The notes beneath the pieces are model-generated. The model was given only the letters and a program-made list of their open reading frames with translations. It ran no database searches and was not told the DNA's origin. Positions 41,831 to 44,699 of a stretch of DNA of 44,699 bases are shown here, in pieces (position 1 is the first letter of the stretch; every line of letters starts with the position of its first letter). Source of the DNA: Cyanobacteria bacterium MH1_Bin12. Lineage in GTDB: Bacteria; Cyanobacteriota; Cyanobacteriia; Cyanobacteriales; Cyanobacteriaceae. The position numbers and the translations under genes were made by a program. Location of the stretch: contig JAALKG010000003.1 in assembly GCA_011088145.1 (NCBI GenBank), positions 1-44,699 on the forward strand. The letters are read 5' to 3'.

Positions 41831-43925
41831 CGAATGAACCTCCTTTATTAATTAATAAGGGCAGAGTAAAATAAAAAGTACTACCTTTTCCTAAACAACT
41901 TTGAGCCCAAATTTTGCCGCCATGCCCTTCGATAATCTGACGGCAAATTGTTAATCCTAAACCTGTACCTCCTTTTTTACGAGAATCAGAAGAATCAACT
42001 TGTTGAAAACGCTCAAAAATTGTTTCTAGTTGGTTTAGAGGAATACCTTGTCCTTGATCTCTGACTTTAAAGGTGACATAGTTGATCGATGTCTGTCTTT
42101 TTTCTTTTTGTTCGATGGATTCAACACTTGCAGATAGAAAAATCATGCTTTCTGGTGGAGAAAACTTGATCGCATTACTCAACAAATTGGTTAAAGTTTG
42201 AACTATATAGTCATAGTCAGCCCACACCAGAAAATTGACTGTTTGACTAAATAATGTGACTCCTCTTTCATTGGCCATAGTCTGCATCGCCTGACAAGCT
42301 TCAAGCATTAATTCATTTGCCTGACAGGCTTTTTTGTTCATTTTGACTTTGCCTGATTGGATACTTTGTAAATCAAGAACGTTATTAACTAAGCGAACGA
42401 GGCGATCAGTTTGTTCGTCAGCGATGGTAAGCATTCTGTGTCCTTTCGGGGAAAGATTACCCAGTTTTCCTGTGGCTAAAATTTTCAGAGAACTATGAAT
42501 CGAAGTTAAAGGAGTTCGCAATTCGTGACTAACTACAGAAATAAACTCATCTTTCATTCTTTCGATCGCTTTTCGATCACTAATATCACTAGTCAGAGCA
42601 AAAAATCCTTTGATAACCGCTTTTTTTTGTTTATGAATATGGGGTATGTAGGTCACATTAACAGTGTGAATATTCCCATCTTGAAAAGTCATATCTTTTT
42701 CGTAGGTTACTGTTTCTCCTGATAAAACTTTATCAATATACTGTTTCATTTTTTGGTATTCTTCTTTGCCATGAACTTCTTTCAAATGAGAACCGTAAAT
42801 TTTGTGAGGAGAAAATCCGAACCATCTTTGGTAAGCTTGATTATTAAAACGATAAGATTGGTGTTTATCAACATAAGCGATTAAAACTGGTATACCATTA
42901 GCAATCAAACTCAATTTTTCTTCGCTACGACGCAAGGCGGCTTCCGCCTTTTGACGATCGTTAATTTCTTCTTGTAAACTGCGGTTGGCTTCTCTTAATT
43001 TTGCTGTTCGCTGGGCGACTAATTCTTCTAAATTTCCTCTTAACTCGGCTTGAGATAAAGCAATGCCAATTTGAGCGGCTAGTTGTTGCATTAATTCCAA
43101 CTCAAAGTTTTGCCATTGCCTAGTATTTGTACATTGATGAGCAATTAACAAACCCCAAAGTTTGGGCGTTCTTTTTCCTTTGCCTTTTTTGGGATTCAGA
43201 TTTTGTAATATGGGTACGATTAATTTAGCTTTTACATTCCATTCGTGGAGAAATTCGATCAGACAATCAATTAAATTAGCTTGTTGACTTTCTACATCAG
43301 CGATCGCTTTTACTCTTCCTTTTTCATAAAGTTCTCTGTATTCTTCAGGAAAAACTTCTTCAGGAAACTCAACACCTAAAACAGGGCGACAATTAGGTAA
43401 AACAGCTTCGCTAATTGCCATACCAGTACCATTAGCAAAAAGTTGGTAAATCAGCACTCGATCGGCTTTGAGGATTCTTTGTACTTCGGTAACAGCAGTC
43501 TGGAGAATCTCTTCAAGTTGAAGGGCTTGACTAATTTTAAAGGTAACTTCAGAAAATAATTTGACTCTTTGATGTTGACGGTGAAGTTCTTCTTCAGCTA
43601 GTTTAAGTTGAGTTATATCTGTGAGAATTAACAGTTTATAATTCGGTAATAGATCCTTAACCAGTTTATATTTTAAGGTTTTATTTTTACCATCGAGATA
43701 GCGAATTTGAATTCGTTCCTTATTGTTACTATTTAAAGTACCAATTAAAAAATCGAAAATCGATCGTCCTAATAATTCTTCTTTTGTACAACCAAATAAA
43801 TTACAAGCACAACTATTAACTTCTACAAAACAATCATGATCATCGACAATCATAATGGCTTCAAAAGAATTTTCAAATATAGCTTGAAATAATTTTTTTT
43901 CTGGAAATGACTCTAATCCTTCCAT
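41823..43925 (-). CDS. PAS-GAF-PAS sensor histidine kinase with phytochrome/cyanobacteriochrome-like GAF (RcaE-like by architecture and synteny)
   Basis: 700 aa, soluble. N-terminal PAS. GAF with ADRVLIYQL...AISEAV...YEKGRVKAIADV...IDCLIEFLHEWNVKAKLIVPIL...WGLLIAHQC. Second PAS. H-box SVVSHELRTPLTSI. N-box LLSNAIKFSP. G-boxes DQGQGIP and GTGLGLTICRQI. Confidence 0.7.
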   Translation of the reverse strand: MEGLESFPEKKLFQAIFENSFEAIMIVDDHDCFVEVNSCACNLFGCTKEELLGRSIFDFLIGTLNSNNKERIQIRYLDGKNKTLKYKLVKDLLPNYKLLILTDITQLKLAEEELHRQHQRVKLFSEVTFKISQALQLEEILQTAVTEVQRILKADRVLIYQLFANGTGMAISEAVLPNCRPVLGVEFPEEVFPEEYRELYEKGRVKAIADVESQQANLIDCLIEFLHEWNVKAKLIVPILQNLNPKKGKGKRTPKLWGLLIAHQCTNTRQWQNFELELMQQLAAQIGIALSQAELRGNLEELVAQRTAKLREANRSLQEEINDRQKAEAALRRSEEKLSLIANGIPVLIAYVDKHQSYRFNNQAYQRWFGFSPHKIYGSHLKEVHGKEEYQKMKQYIDKVLSGETVTYEKDMTFQDGNIHTVNVTYIPHIHKQKKAVIKGFFALTSDISDRKAIERMKDEFISVVSHELRTPLTSIHSSLKILATGKLGNLSPKGHRMLTIADEQTDRLVRLVNNVLDLQSIQSGKVKMNKKACQANELMLEACQAMQTMANERGVTLFSQTVNFLVWADYDYIVQTLTNLLSNAIKFSPPESMIFLSASVESIEQKEKRQTSINYVTFKVRDQGQGIPLNQLETIFERFQQVDSSDSRKKGGTGLGLTICRQIIEGHGGKIWAQSCLGKGSTFYFTLPLLINKGGSFDE

Positions 43926-44043
43926 AATTCTTAAAAAAGATTAACAAAGCTTAAATCATTGTAACTCAAGGATACTTTTCTTAAAAGGATTTAAGAAATT
44001 GGGCAATCATCTTTACATAACTGAAATATTATCCATAATACTT

Positions 44044-44148
44044 GGTGTGCAACTTAAAACGAAAGAATTAGGTTTTCAGAAAAAAATTTAAATTTATTGA
44101 TTTTTAAAAGCTTTTAAAATCAATGGTCACAATTCAGTTGCACATAGG
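44044..44148. mobile_element. MITE-like ~105-bp dispersed repeat, copy B
   Basis: Second copy of the element at 1741..1844, with the same TGTGCAACT inverted termini. Lies between the kinase start (43925) and the pcyA stop (44180). Confidence 0.6.
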
Positions 44149-44179
44149 GTATGGTTACTAATTTTATAAGGTTGGTTTA

Positions 44180-44699
44180 TTAATGAACATAGGGAAAATC
44201 AAATAACATTTTACTCATATATCGATCAGTCCAGACTTCACCTAAAGACTTTTCTAGAACCCTTCTGGTTTTATCATTCTGTTGCTGTTTATTGCAGTAA
44301 TAATGCTGTGCTGACAAAATTTCGTCTTCTTCAATCTCAGATATTACCGCAGGTGTAGAAGTGGCAATTTGACAGTGTAGATTTAAAATATCATTAACGC
44401 GATCGAGAAAAAGTTCTTCTTCTTGATAATCAGCTAAACGGGCAAATAAACAAAATTGAGAAAAAATATCTCCCCACTTTGGTAAATCACGAGGATGAGC
44501 AAAATTAATGCTAGATAAATTGCTTAAAGCTTGTTGATAAATTGAAGGTAAAATTCGTTGCCGATTCATAGGTGAAAGATCCACTATTGCCGCCCCAATT
44601 CCGTCTTGGCTCCCGACTAAATCGACTCCAAATATCGGTCAAGGATAATTAGGGTCTGCTGAAAAAGTATCAACTTTCATCTGGTACTACAACTGTGAA
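44180..44699 (-). pseudogene. pcyA: Phycocyanobilin:ferredoxin oxidoreductase, 5' end outside the window, with in-frame stop codon(s)
   Basis: The C-terminal half matches my memory of Synechocystis PcyA (LPKWGDIFSQFCLF, HYYCNKQQQNDKTRRVLEKSLGEVWTDRYMSKMLFD). The same frame continues upstream of ORF 44180..44584 as ADPNYP*PIFGVDLVGSQDGIGAAIVDLSP, with TGA at 44639..44641. A further in-frame TAG lies at 44687..44689, near the window edge. Confidence 0.75.

Overview
AT-rich chromosomal segment from a unicellular cyanobacterium. About 20 full HIP1 octamers (GCGATCGC) were counted by eye, and cyanobacterial marker genes are present: sasA, nblA, pcyA, stpA and a DUF4278 gene. Most of the window is housekeeping: tgt, cobS, purA, rplY, map, pgl, mtnP, gyrA, an FHA-PBP1, an IscA-like gene and several sensor kinases. 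I found no rRNA, tRNA or CRISPR array. Six things stand out. (1) A kinase / CheY-like receiver / REC-wHTH-HPt-REC regulator cluster at 39.3-43.9 kb matches the RcaE-RcaF-RcaC chromatic-acclimation phosphorelay in architecture and gene order, and it lies next to pcyA. (2) Four otherwise well-conserved genes (a membrane GTPase, an aldehyde dehydrogenase and pcyA, plus a truncated SpoIIE phosphatase) are broken. All the premature stops are in-frame substitutions, not frameshifts. (3) A small accessory islet at 34.0-36.9 kb carries IS630 and IS66-like debris, an orphan antitoxin-like stub and a secreted sphingomyelinase-C-like enzyme. (4) Several non-autonomous mobile elements are present: two copies of a ~105-bp MITE, an internally deleted IS, a 261-bp MITE and a TnpB fragment. 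(5) Perfect heptanucleotide tandem arrays sit exactly at start or stop codons of many genes. (6) nblA (55 aa) is missing from the supplied ORF track. I did not recognise a defence system or biosynthetic cluster. The novel-system claim cannot be supported beyond these observations.
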